A stretch of DNA of 64,000 bases from an uncultured bacterium (lineage in GTDB: Bacteria > Verrucomicrobiota > Verrucomicrobiia > Verrucomicrobiales > DEV007): assembly GCA_963977015.1 (NCBI GenBank), contig CAXBMO010000003.1, positions 384,001 to 448,000 on the forward strand, written 5' to 3'. Positions 19,214 to 28,519 of this stretch are shown here, piece after piece (the first letter of the stretch is position 1; each line of letters opens with the position of its first letter). Position numbers and translations under genes: made by a program. The notes below the pieces were generated by a model. It saw only the letters and a program-made list of their open reading frames with translations. It did no database searches and was not told the origin of the DNA.

Positions 19214-19456
19214 ATGAATCAGACAGTCATTGAGTCCGATCAGGGAAGACCGGCTCTTCCAACACCCAAACTCAGCGTGAGGGTGAATTCCGAGAACGAG
19301 AATCACCACCTTTGGAACAACCGGGGAACCTGGTGGTGCCATTTCACCGTCCACAAAGCCGATTATACCACGGAACGCATTCGCTTGAGCCTCAAGACCC
19401 GCAGTTTGGAGGAAGCCCGGAACCGGCGGGATCGCGTTTTTGCCGGCTTGGGCTAG
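19214..19456 (+). CDS. Small basic protein resembling an integrase arm-type / DUF6538-like nucleic-acid-binding domain
   Basis: HHLWNNRGTWWCHFTV...ERIRLSLKTRSLEEARNRRD gives a beta-beta-beta-alpha pattern like integrase N-terminal domains; no catalytic domain follows. Confidence 0.65.
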   Translation: MNQTVIESDQGRPALPTPKLSVRVNSENENHHLWNNRGTWWCHFTVHKADYTTERIRLSLKTRSLEEARNRRDRVFAGLG

Positions 19457-19551
19457 CACCATTGCTGCCGGCGCGATCGCGTTTCCGCTTGAAATGTGAT
19501 CAATTCTGAGTTGGTAAGTCTGCCGCGGAAAGCACCCCGCGCAGAAATATC

Positions 19552-20142
19552 ATGGCTGAAGTGAATTCGACGTTTGAACTCAGGCGGGGCGCCATTGCGC
19601 CGGACTTCGAGCTTCCCGAAGGCGGAGCAAAGAAAAAGCATTCCCTTGAAGATCTTGCCGAGGGAAAATCGGCAATCGTCATTCTGTTTGCCTGCAACCA
19701 CTGTCCGTATGTGGTCCACCTGGCCGATTATGTGGGAGAGTTCGCCGATGAATACGCGAAGAAGGGTGTTCAGTTCGTCGCCATCAATTCCAACGATGCC
19801 AAAAAGTATCCGGATGATGCTCCCGAGAAGATGAAGGAGTTTTCCAAGGCGCACGACTGGAACTTCCCCTACCTATTCGATGAGGACCAGAATGTGGCCA
19901 AGTCCTACTCCGCAGCCTGCACGCCGGATTTCTATGTCTTCAACCAGAATCTGGAATTGACCTACACTGGACAGTTCGACAATTCGCGGCCCGGCAATTC
20001 AGCGCCCATCACTGGTGCCGATCTGAGAACGGCTCTTGAGTCCACCCTTCGAAACGGAAAAGCAGACTCCGTGCGCATGCGCCCAAGCAGCGGATGCAAC
20101 ATCAAATGGAAAAAGGGCAACGAACCCGCCTATTTCGGCTAA
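19552..20142 (+). CDS. Thioredoxin-family protein (AhpC/TSA, peroxiredoxin-like)
   Basis: APDFELP, CNHCPYV, AINSND...YPDD, ACTPDF and GCNIKW. Confidence 0.9.
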   Translation: MAEVNSTFELRRGAIAPDFELPEGGAKKKHSLEDLAEGKSAIVILFACNHCPYVVHLADYVGEFADEYAKKGVQFVAINSNDAKKYPDDAPEKMKEFSKAHDWNFPYLFDEDQNVAKSYSAACTPDFYVFNQNLELTYTGQFDNSRPGNSAPITGADLRTALESTLRNGKADSVRMRPSSGCNIKWKKGNEPAYFG

Positions 20143-20253
20143 AATGGAGCGGCCAAATCGCATCGTGACTCACTAAATTCTCAAATTTGGAAACTCTGCG
20201 TGCGAAGTCCGCTCTGACGAATTATATTCGGGCCTTCTCCGTCCTAAACCTAC

Positions 20254-21231
20254 ATGGCGCACCAGCTTCCACAACGCCGTCCTAGCGGTAACGGTCAAAT
20301 GTTTGACTCCTTGCGTTACAGCGACAACGGAACCGCATCGGCACCCTCTCGTGCTCCCACATCGACGCCTGCTCCCGCCATGGTCCCAGACGACATGACC
20401 GGACTCGTTGTCGAGTTGCCGGAATCTTTCGAACGGCCCTCAAATCCTGTCGTTCCTCCTGACTCGATGGTCCCGTCCCTCGAACCTGTTCAGCAGGTCG
20501 TGCAGGTGAAACGCGGATTTTCCGGTTTCGGCGTTTTTTGCATGGCAATTTTCGCGCAAATTCTCCTTATCGGTGGTTTGGGAGTCGCGGCCTATTTTTA
20601 TCCAAAAGAGGCGTCTGCAATTCTCGATAAGGCAGCTCAGTATCTGGACGCGGAAGGTGAAGAAGCCACTCCTCAGGTTGTTCACTGGACCCCTCCAGAA
20701 CCCGAGAGCACTCTCGGCGCCCGAATCCAAATTCTTGAATTGGAGGATCGAGCCATCGTCCGGGGAGATCGCACCGCTTTTTCTGAATTGCAACGTCAGG
20801 CCAAGCTTCTGGAGTCAGACAGCGCCAATCCGATTTATGACGCCGTCCACGCGAGCTTGGTACGGGTCCGTCAGCTCTACCATGTCTCGGCTCAGAACAC
20901 TCCTCCAAGATTGGACGCTCAGGCGATTTTCCCGGGCGCAGAGGCGGAACCCGATCTTCCGACCGCCTCGGTCATTCAGGTGTTGCGCGATCGCCGTCAC
21001 GCAGCCGAGTCGCGCGAGCGAGCCGCTTATTTGTTGGCCGAAGTGAATACACCGCCTGCCCAGAAAGCGCTCTTCAACACGATTCAGGATGACCCCAACC
21101 TTCAGGTTGTCGTCCAAGCGTTTTCGTCGTTCTGCAAATCCACCGGCTATCCCGGGCACGATTGCTTTGACTCCGAAGCGGTCGAGTCGTGGTGGTATCA
21201 GAACGCGCCAAAGATCCTCGGTCAAAACTAA
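20254..21231 (+). CDS. Hypothetical membrane-anchored protein with C-terminal HEAT-like repeat
   Basis: Pro-rich N-terminus, one TM (GFGVFCMAIF...AAYFY), helical C-terminus RERAAYLLAE. Confidence 0.6.
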   Translation: MAHQLPQRRPSGNGQMFDSLRYSDNGTASAPSRAPTSTPAPAMVPDDMTGLVVELPESFERPSNPVVPPDSMVPSLEPVQQVVQVKRGFSGFGVFCMAIFAQILLIGGLGVAAYFYPKEASAILDKAAQYLDAEGEEATPQVVHWTPPEPESTLGARIQILELEDRAIVRGDRTAFSELQRQAKLLESDSANPIYDAVHASLVRVRQLYHVSAQNTPPRLDAQAIFPGAEAEPDLPTASVIQVLRDRRHAAESRERAAYLLAEVNTPPAQKALFNTIQDDPNLQVVVQAFSSFCKSTGYPGHDCFDSEAVESWWYQNAPKILGQN

Positions 21232-21267
21232 GTTGCTCTAAGCGGATCGAGCGTGAGATCATGCAAT

Positions 21268-22752
21268 ATGATCCTCGCCCTTGATCAAGGCACGACCAGT
21301 TCCCGCGCGATTCTTTTCGACCACTCCGCTGGGATTGTCTCCATCGCCCAAAAGGAGTTCGGCCAGATTTTCCCCAAACCCGGTTGGGTTGAACATGATC
21401 CAATTGAGATCTGGGAATCACAGTTGGAGGTCGCTCGAAGTGCGATAGCTTCCGCTGAATTCTCAGCCCAGGAGATCAGGGCCATCGGAATCACCAATCA
21501 ACGGGAGACAACCCTGATCTGGGACCGAGCTTCCGGTAAGCCAATCCACAATGCGCTGGTTTGGCAGGATCGGAGAACCTCTGGAATTTGCGACGAGATT
21601 CGTAAGGCTGGACATGCCGAACGAATCAAGGCCAAAACGGGTCTCCCGGTCGACGCCTACTTTTCCGCGACCAAGCTGAAATGGCTCCTCGATCACGTTG
21701 AGGGAGCGCGAGACCGGGCGGAGAAGGGCGAACTCGCCTTCGGGACGGTGGATTCATGGCTCATCTGGAACCTCACAAATGGCAAACTTCACATCACGGA
21801 TGTCACCAATGCCAGCCGGACCATGCTATTCAATCTCAAATCACTGGATTGGGATTCGGATCTCCTCGACCAATTTGACATTCCACGTTCGCTCCTTCCG
21901 GAGATCCGATCCAGCAGCGAAGTGTACGGAGAAACCGCTCCCGGCACCTTCCCGGTCCAGATTCCAATTGCCGGGATCGCGGGCGATCAACAGGCGGCCT
22001 TGTTCGGTCAAGCCTGCCATCAACCCGGCCAGGGGAAGAATACCTATGGAACGGGATGTTTTCTGCTGATGAATACCGGGACGAAACCAGTACAATCCCG
22101 AAATCAGCTTCTAACCACGGTGGCATGGAAGATCGGGGAGACGGTTCACTACGCGCTTGAGGGAAGCATCTTCGTGGCCGGCGCCGCAATCCAATGGCTC
22201 CGCGACGAACTGGGAATCCTTAGCAGTGCGGAAGAGATCGAACAACTCGCCAGAGCCGTGCCCGATAGCGGAGGCGTCGTATTCGTCCCGGCCTTCACAG
22301 GACTTGGGGCACCACACTGGGACTCCTATGCTCGTGGCACAATCGTGGGACTGACCCGCGGCTCCTCCAAGGGGCATCTTGCCCGAGCGGCCCTCGAATC
22401 CATTGCGCTCCAGAGCCTCGATCTCCTGTCGGCAATGGAACGCGATTCCGGCATTCGAATGAGCGAATTGCGCGTCGATGGAGGCGCCTCCGTCAACGAT
22501 CTCCTCATGCAGATTCAGGCCGATTTCGCCCAACGCCCCGTGGTTCGCCCCCAAGTTACGGAGACGACCGCTCTAGGTGCTGCCTATCTTGCGGGATTGG
22601 CGGTGGGATTCTGGGATGACCTTGAGGAAATCCACGAAAACTGGCAAATGGACCGGACGTTTCAACCAAACCGCCCTCAACAGGAACTTGCTCCCCACCT
22701 CGAGAATTGGGCCCGCGCTGTGGAATGTGCCAAGGGCTGGGCGAAAGAATGA
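21268..22752 (+). CDS. glpK: Glycerol kinase
   Basis: [46 protein letters not shown] and [10 protein letters not shown]. Confidence 0.97.
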   Translation: MILALDQGTTSSRAILFDHSAGIVSIAQKEFGQIFPKPGWVEHDPIEIWESQLEVARSAIASAEFSAQEIRAIGITNQRETTLIWDRASGKPIHNALVWQDRRTSGICDEIRKAGHAERIKAKTGLPVDAYFSATKLKWLLDHVEGARDRAEKGELAFGTVDSWLIWNLTNGKLHITDVTNASRTMLFNLKSLDWDSDLLDQFDIPRSLLPEIRSSSEVYGETAPGTFPVQIPIAGIAGDQQAALFGQACHQPGQGKNTYGTGCFLLMNTGTKPVQSRNQLLTTVAWKIGETVHYALEGSIFVAGAAIQWLRDELGILSSAEEIEQLARAVPDSGGVVFVPAFTGLGAPHWDSYARGTIVGLTRGSSKGHLARAALESIALQSLDLLSAMERDSGIRMSELRVDGGASVNDLLMQIQADFAQRPVVRPQVTETTALGAAYLAGLAVGFWDDLEEIHENWQMDRTFQPNRPQQELAPHLENWARAVECAKGWAKE

Positions 22753-25100
22753 AAGCTGGAATCTCGCAAAACGGTGTTCTCTCTATGATCAAACAGTTCA
22801 CTTTCGTTCTAGCGTTCGGGATTGGCTCCGTTTTCGCAGGCAATCTCTCGCCATCGGATCAAATCGATAAACTGGTTGGCACTCAACTTCAAAAGCAGGG
22901 TCTCGCGCCAAATGCGGAAATCAGTGACGCGGTCTTCCTGCGCAGGGCATACCTCAATATTGGCGGGCGAATCCCGACCATCGAAGAAGCTGAGGCATTT
23001 CATACGAGCGAATACCCCAACAAGCGGGAGAGATTGATCGAAGACCTGCTCAACAGCCCTGCCTATGTCTCCAATTACTATCACTTCTGGGCGGATCTGC
23101 TCCGAGTGAATGGTGAATTGCGAGGAGCAACGAAGTCCGCCTACGAGCTTTGGGTGAAGGAAGCGCTTCAAACCAACAAGCCCTACGACCAAATGGTTCG
23201 TGAGATGGTCAGCGCTGAGGGGATGATTTGGGACAATGGTGCAACCGGCTATTACTTCCGAGATCGTGGCATGCCTCTCGACAACATGTCGAACACCGTC
23301 CGGATCTTCTTGGGAACTCGATTGGAATGTGCCCAGTGCCACAACCATCCCTTCGATAAATGGACACAAATGGACTATTTCAAGATGGCTGCATTCAGCT
23401 ATGGAATGTCGACGAGAAACTACGATTTCCCGAACCGGGATTTGGTGACCAAGCACTATTCCAAGGCTTCCGTCGATGCCTACCAGGACGCGGTTCAAAA
23501 GGCAGGGGCGAAAGAGGGCTTTCCCCATGTTCGCAACGAACAATCCATCGATCGATATCTGTTGGGCAGGAAGAACAGGCCCAGCTGGATTGAGCAACAC
23601 GGATACAGCGAGCAACAGTTTCGAGCCATTGTTGCCAAGGGAATCGCCGCCTTGGAAGCATCCAAGAAAGAACAGAACTCCCTTCGTCAGACGCTCAGCC
23701 AGCTCTACAACCCGCTGCAATACACTTCGGTTCGGGAGGACGAAAAGGATCCAAAGTTGCCTCACGACTACCAATACACGGATGCCGATCCCCATGCTCA
23801 GGTTTCACCAGCTGTGATGTTTGGCACGGAGATCGACCTTGATCAGGAAGACAGTCGAATTGCGGCCTACTCCAAATGGATGACGAGCCCGGAAAACCCC
23901 ACCTTTACCAAGGTCATCGTGAACCGACTTTGGAAGGAAGTCTTCGGTCTCGGGATTTTCGAGCCCGTCGATGAAATCACCGATCACACCGAAGTTTCAA
24001 ACCCTGAGCTGCTGAGCTACCTCGAGAATTTGATGCGGGAATTGGACTACGACATCAAGGGCCTGCTCCAAATCCTTTACAACACCGAGACCTATCAGCG
24101 CGCCGCCAATACCGGTGAAATCATGTTGGGAGCTCCCTACTATTTCCAGGGCCCCATTCTTCGCCGCATGAGCGCGGAGCAGATTTGGGACTCCATTGTC
24201 GCCCTTTCCCTGCCCGAGGCGGATCAATATCGCCCGCGCCTGAAGGGCCAACTTTCCTCCATCGAAAATCAACGCCGGATTTATACGAGCCTGGAAGAAC
24301 GCCCCTTTGAAGAATTCCTCGCCATGGTTCAAGAGTTGGCTCCGCTCGTCAAGAATCGCTATGTTATTGAGGCGGAATACCGGGACAAGTTGACCGAAGC
24401 AAGGGCCGCGGAAGACACTGAACTCTTTAATCAGCTTCGGAGAGAACTGCGGGAGGTTGGGAGAGAAGTTCAGGAGAAAATTTCCCAGATCGGCTACATT
24501 CATCTTCGAGAGGAAGTGGATGCGGGGGACTTGCTCGCTGCGATTGGGATGAACGAAGTCGCTGCTGAGATGATGGCCGATATGGAAGAGGGCTCGGAAG
24601 ACGCAGTTGTGACCAAGCTGCCAAAAATCAGCTTGCCCAATCCGCCTGAGGACCTCGAAAGAAATCAAAAGAAGGCCTGGGCCAACGCCCAAAAAGCGGA
24701 CTATTCCGTCTATAAAAATCTCATCTCCGGTATGGCGCGAGCTTCTGAATTGGAGTCACCCGCCCGCCGGGGACATTTTCTCCGTGATTTTGGTCAGTCA
24801 GACCGCGAGGTCATCGAAAACGCAGCTGACCACGCTTCCGTCCCGCAGGCCTTGAACCTTCTGAACGGCCCGATCGTTCAGGCATTGACCAATCGCTTCG
24901 CCGTCTTTGGAAACCGGGTGCATGCGGCAGGAACCCCTGAGGACAAGACCCGTATGATTTTCCAAGCCATGCTCACTCGCGAACCGACCGATTCGGAGCT
25001 GGCGATGGTCAGCGAGGAAGTTGGGAAATACGGAGACGAAGCCTATGAAGGAGTCGTTTGGGCCCTCCTCAACACCCAGCAATTCCTGTTCGTTCAGTAA
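22749..25100 (+). CDS. DUF1549/DUF1553 (PSCyt2/PSD1) domain protein
   Basis: [50 protein letters not shown] and [13 protein letters not shown] overlap with the glpK stop. Confidence 0.9.
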   Translation: MKAGISQNGVLSMIKQFTFVLAFGIGSVFAGNLSPSDQIDKLVGTQLQKQGLAPNAEISDAVFLRRAYLNIGGRIPTIEEAEAFHTSEYPNKRERLIEDLLNSPAYVSNYYHFWADLLRVNGELRGATKSAYELWVKEALQTNKPYDQMVREMVSAEGMIWDNGATGYYFRDRGMPLDNMSNTVRIFLGTRLECAQCHNHPFDKWTQMDYFKMAAFSYGMSTRNYDFPNRDLVTKHYSKASVDAYQDAVQKAGAKEGFPHVRNEQSIDRYLLGRKNRPSWIEQHGYSEQQFRAIVAKGIAALEASKKEQNSLRQTLSQLYNPLQYTSVREDEKDPKLPHDYQYTDADPHAQVSPAVMFGTEIDLDQEDSRIAAYSKWMTSPENPTFTKVIVNRLWKEVFGLGIFEPVDEITDHTEVSNPELLSYLENLMRELDYDIKGLLQILYNTETYQRAANTGEIMLGAPYYFQGPILRRMSAEQIWDSIVALSLPEADQYRPRLKGQLSSIENQRRIYTSLEERPFEEFLAMVQELAPLVKNRYVIEAEYRDKLTEARAAEDTELFNQLRRELREVGREVQEKISQIGYIHLREEVDAGDLLAAIGMNEVAAEMMADMEEGSEDAVVTKLPKISLPNPPEDLERNQKKAWANAQKADYSVYKNLISGMARASELESPARRGHFLRDFGQSDREVIENAADHASVPQALNLLNGPIVQALTNRFAVFGNRVHAAGTPEDKTRMIFQAMLTREPTDSELAMVSEEVGKYGDEAYEGVVWALLNTQQFLFVQ

Positions 25101-25112
25101 AATCCCCTAGAG

Positions 25113-25754
25113 CTAAGATGCGGCTAAATTGGCCTCGAGGACTTCGTCGAGGCTTTCCACAATCAAGCTGGACCAGGATTCCAGGCGATCGAGTCGCTGA
25201 ATCAGTTCTTCACGGCTAAGGAACTCCAATTCCGTAATGTCCGCTTCGTTCGCTTCGACAGCGGCGATCTCGAGATCAAAGAGATGGACAATTCCGAGGT
25301 GAACCTGACCCACCTCGTTGGTATCATCGTTGATCAACCCGATGATTTGCTGGGTATGCCCGCTTTCGATCCGCAATTCTTCATTCGTTTCGCGCTCGAC
25401 CCCCGCCAGATACAGTTCCCGTCCCATGGAACCGCTGGCGTGATAGTCGTCCTCGTTGACATGACCACCAATGCCAATCGAGCCTTTGGCGGCCAAACGC
25501 TTCTCACCGCCGCCGCCACCACGGACATAGTGGAGATAGCGATCCTCGTGCCGGAAAATCGCATAGGGAATGATCTGCTTAAAACCTGGATCATCCTCAG
25601 CGAGATTTCGGTCCAAAAACTGGTTGTTCTCCGGACTCAGAATGGTCGGCAGGTAATCGCCCGCCCGGGGACAGAATCCATGAAACGCACCCAATTGATC
25701 AAACAATTCGCGCGGAATTACAAAAACGTTTTCGTCGTAGCGTTTGGTGGCCAT
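25113..25754 (-). CDS. Predicted NUDIX-family phosphoesterase (COG4112-like)
   Basis: AEDDPGFKQIIPY, EKRLAAKGSIGIGGHVN, RETNEEL and INDDTNEVGQVHLG. Confidence 0.85.
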   Translation of the reverse strand: MATKRYDENVFVIPRELFDQLGAFHGFCPRAGDYLPTILSPENNQFLDRNLAEDDPGFKQIIPYAIFRHEDRYLHYVRGGGGGEKRLAAKGSIGIGGHVNEDDYHASGSMGRELYLAGVERETNEELRIESGHTQQIIGLINDDTNEVGQVHLGIVHLFDLEIAAVEANEADITELEFLSREELIQRLDRLESWSSLIVESLDEVLEANLAAS

Positions 25755-25892
25755 GTCAGGACCGGTAGCCGCTTGGGATAGGGTTGCAAGCCCAACTTCC
25801 GCCGCATTCCAGAACTCCCCAACCGAAAACCAACCCTAGCAAATCACCCAAAACTCACTTGACCTTCCCGTAGGTCCTTTCCAAAGTGCGCC

Positions 25893-26939
25893 GTGGCCTC
25901 AGGACTCAATCTCAGAGAGCAATTGCGGCAAATTTTGCCGGATATTCTCCCCAAAAACCCAGCGGAAGCAATCAAAGGCACCGAGCTGATTCAGTTGGTG
26001 AAGTTCCAGCTGCAGCAGCCTTACTCTGATGCGACGCTGCGCTATCACTTTTCGATCATGTCGTGCGATCCCTCCTCGCCGATCGCAAAAGTGGAGCACG
26101 GACAGGGTTACTATCAACGATCTACCACGCTTCATTCGCTCGAAAGCGCCCGAAACTTCATTCCGGTCAATCAGGAGGGTTTCTTGTTTGGCGGCGAGGA
26201 TCGCGCAACGGGTGAACAACTCGCCTTATCTCGCGCCAATCGATTTCGCGCCGTTTTCAATCGCTTCTGCGAGTTCAACAATCGCTTCCCGTTCGCGTTC
26301 GAAGGGGCCTTGTCGCACGGAGCTGGTGAACAGTTTCTGTGGCGCCTTCCCGATGTTGCCACGGTGGAATGGCTGATTGGTGAGGTCGATGAGGAGAGCG
26401 GAAGCCTCGTTCTCGACCAGAAAAGCCTCCAAACCCGTCAAATGATGGGCGGCGCTCCGTTCAAGGTCACCGCCCTGAAGCTGAAACTGGATACGAATTA
26501 TGCTACGGCACGAGCCGACTTTTTCCGAACTCTCAGTTCCGGACTTTGGGCGAACTACTCCGAATTGGTAATCGCGGCTGAACTCAGCGACGAACAGCTG
26601 GTTGCCGATCTGCGCGAGCTTTCCGACCAATTTGGGGTTGGTGTGACCAGTCTTGGTTTGACCCTTGATGTGATTGACGATCTGCCCGAACCGGCGGCCA
26701 TTGAGAACATGCGGCTGCGCGAATTCGAGGCCCTCCTGAATCTTTTTACCCCACGGAGAATCGCGCTGCCCCGGGACACGGGCCGGTTGGATTGGCAAAG
26801 CATCAACCAATTTCGCGACAACGAGGATTTTGAGACGTTTTATCAGTGGACTGCCAAGTGTCTTGAGGACGGCAGAGCCTACACGGCTGAGCAATTCACT
26901 GAGTCGAAAGGCGGCGATGTGAAGATCGAAGCGGCCTGA
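25893..26939 (+). CDS. HrgA/COG2958-like protein (N-terminal winged-helix-like domain plus PD-(D/E)xK-like domain)
   Basis: WRLPDVATV...ALKLK...RADFFRTLSSGLWANYSELV...LSDQFGVGV parallels the family pattern PD...FExK...FFQAVSNSSWAN...FGIG as I recall it. Confidence 0.55.
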   Translation: MASGLNLREQLRQILPDILPKNPAEAIKGTELIQLVKFQLQQPYSDATLRYHFSIMSCDPSSPIAKVEHGQGYYQRSTTLHSLESARNFIPVNQEGFLFGGEDRATGEQLALSRANRFRAVFNRFCEFNNRFPFAFEGALSHGAGEQFLWRLPDVATVEWLIGEVDEESGSLVLDQKSLQTRQMMGGAPFKVTALKLKLDTNYATARADFFRTLSSGLWANYSELVIAAELSDEQLVADLRELSDQFGVGVTSLGLTLDVIDDLPEPAAIENMRLREFEALLNLFTPRRIALPRDTGRLDWQSINQFRDNEDFETFYQWTAKCLEDGRAYTAEQFTESKGGDVKIEAA

Positions 26940-26984
26940 CGTTTTCGGTTGCCGGGGTGAAGAGCCTCCGTCAGAATTCGAACC

Positions 26985-28397
26985 ATGAAGCCCCTCCTTC
27001 TGGTTCTGGCGGTTGCGTTTGCCATGGTCGCGGCAATCAGCGCTTCCGAGAAGCCCAATTTCCTGATCATCGTCGCGGATGATTGCACCTACAACGATCT
27101 TCCACTGTACGGAGGACAAAATGCCAAGACTCCCCATATCGACGCATTGGCGGCGAGAGGCCTGACCTTTAATCGAGCGTTTTTGGCCGAGGCGATGTGC
27201 CAGCCCTGCCGTGCAGAACTCTACACCGGCCAATATCCGATGCGGAACGGCTGTGCCTGGAATCATTCTGCCAGTAAACCCGGCACCAAAAGCCTCCCAC
27301 ACTACCTCAAGCCCTTGGGATATCGTGTCGGTTTGGCGGGGAAAGGCCACGTGAAACCGGCTGCCGTATTTCCCTTCGAGAACATTGAAGGATTTGACCC
27401 AAGCTGCGTTCGTGAACCAACCCAGGCCCATGATGTTGCGGGAATCGCCGAATTCATGGAGCGGGAATCCTCCCCGTTTTGCCTCGTGGTTGCGCTGGTC
27501 GAGCCCCACGTTCCGTGGGTCATGGGGGATGCGACCCGGTATCCTCCTGCCTCGCTGAACCTGCCGCCCAATTTGGCTGACACGCCGGCCACCCGGGAGC
27601 ACTTCGCGAATTACCTCGCCGAAATTACCTACATGGACGGGCAGGTCGGCGAAATTCTTGAAACGCTGAAAGATTCGGGGCGAGAGGAAGAGACGGTCGT
27701 CATTTTCACCTCGGAACAAGGTTCGCAATTTCCCGGCTGCAAGTGGACCAACTGGAATACCGGGTTGCACACCGCGTTTGTGGCCTCTCTCCCCGGCCAA
27801 ATCGAGGAAGGGAAACGAACAGACGCCTTGATTCAGTATGCGGATCTTGCTCCGACGTTGATTGAGTTGGCCGGCGGCGAGATCTCAGGTTCCATGAAGT
27901 TCGACGGATCCAGTTTCGCGTCAGTCCTAAAGGGAGCGTCCGAGACGCACCGCGAGTTCGCCTATGGAATGCACAACAATCTTCCCGAAGGCCCTGCCTA
28001 TCCGATCCGGACCATCACCAACGGGAAATTTCGCTATATCCGGAACCTGGCACCCGATGAACTCTACATTGAGAAGCACCTGATGGGCGGAGGGAGGCTG
28101 AACAACCCGTATTGGGCAACCTGGGTTGGCGCGGATCCCATGAAACCGGAGTCCGGAGCCTACCCGTTGATCAAACGTTACATGTCTCGTCCCGCTGAAG
28201 AGCTTTATCTCACGGTCGAGGATCCCTACGAGTTGGAAAACCTGGCTGGAAACCCCGAATACGTGGCGATGAAGGCGAAGCTCAGCGATGAGTTGGAGAT
28301 CTGGATGAATGCTCAAAACGATCCCGGTAAGGCGGTTGACACCCCTGCCGCGTTAAAAGCGGCCCGCAAAGGTGCCCACCTCTACGGAGTGGATTAG
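26985..28397 (+). CDS. Sulfatase (N-sulfoglucosamine sulfohydrolase-like)
   Basis: Signal peptide, KPNFLIIVADD, intact CQPCRAELYTG, GKGHV and EELY...DPYELENLA. Confidence 0.9.
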   Translation: MKPLLLVLAVAFAMVAAISASEKPNFLIIVADDCTYNDLPLYGGQNAKTPHIDALAARGLTFNRAFLAEAMCQPCRAELYTGQYPMRNGCAWNHSASKPGTKSLPHYLKPLGYRVGLAGKGHVKPAAVFPFENIEGFDPSCVREPTQAHDVAGIAEFMERESSPFCLVVALVEPHVPWVMGDATRYPPASLNLPPNLADTPATREHFANYLAEITYMDGQVGEILETLKDSGREEETVVIFTSEQGSQFPGCKWTNWNTGLHTAFVASLPGQIEEGKRTDALIQYADLAPTLIELAGGEISGSMKFDGSSFASVLKGASETHREFAYGMHNNLPEGPAYPIRTITNGKFRYIRNLAPDELYIEKHLMGGGRLNNPYWATWVGADPMKPESGAYPLIKRYMSRPAEELYLTVEDPYELENLAGNPEYVAMKAKLSDELEIWMNAQNDPGKAVDTPAALKAARKGAHLYGVD

Positions 28398-28519
28398 CAG
28401 TTCGAGACCTGACGAAATCTGCCAGTTGACCGGGCAGATTCGATGAAATGGCTTTGCGCTTGCAGCGTCAAATTATGAGACCACGTTTCACACGATCCTA
28501 ACAAGGACACCAACCAGTC

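Noticed and set aside
19214-19456. Integrase or prophage remnant
   Set aside because: No catalytic domain fragment, tRNA/att site or phage genes nearby, and the ORF is intact with its own promoter and leader.
26226-27800. 524-aa minus-strand ORF
   Set aside because: Antisense shadow of two credible plus-strand genes; no motifs.
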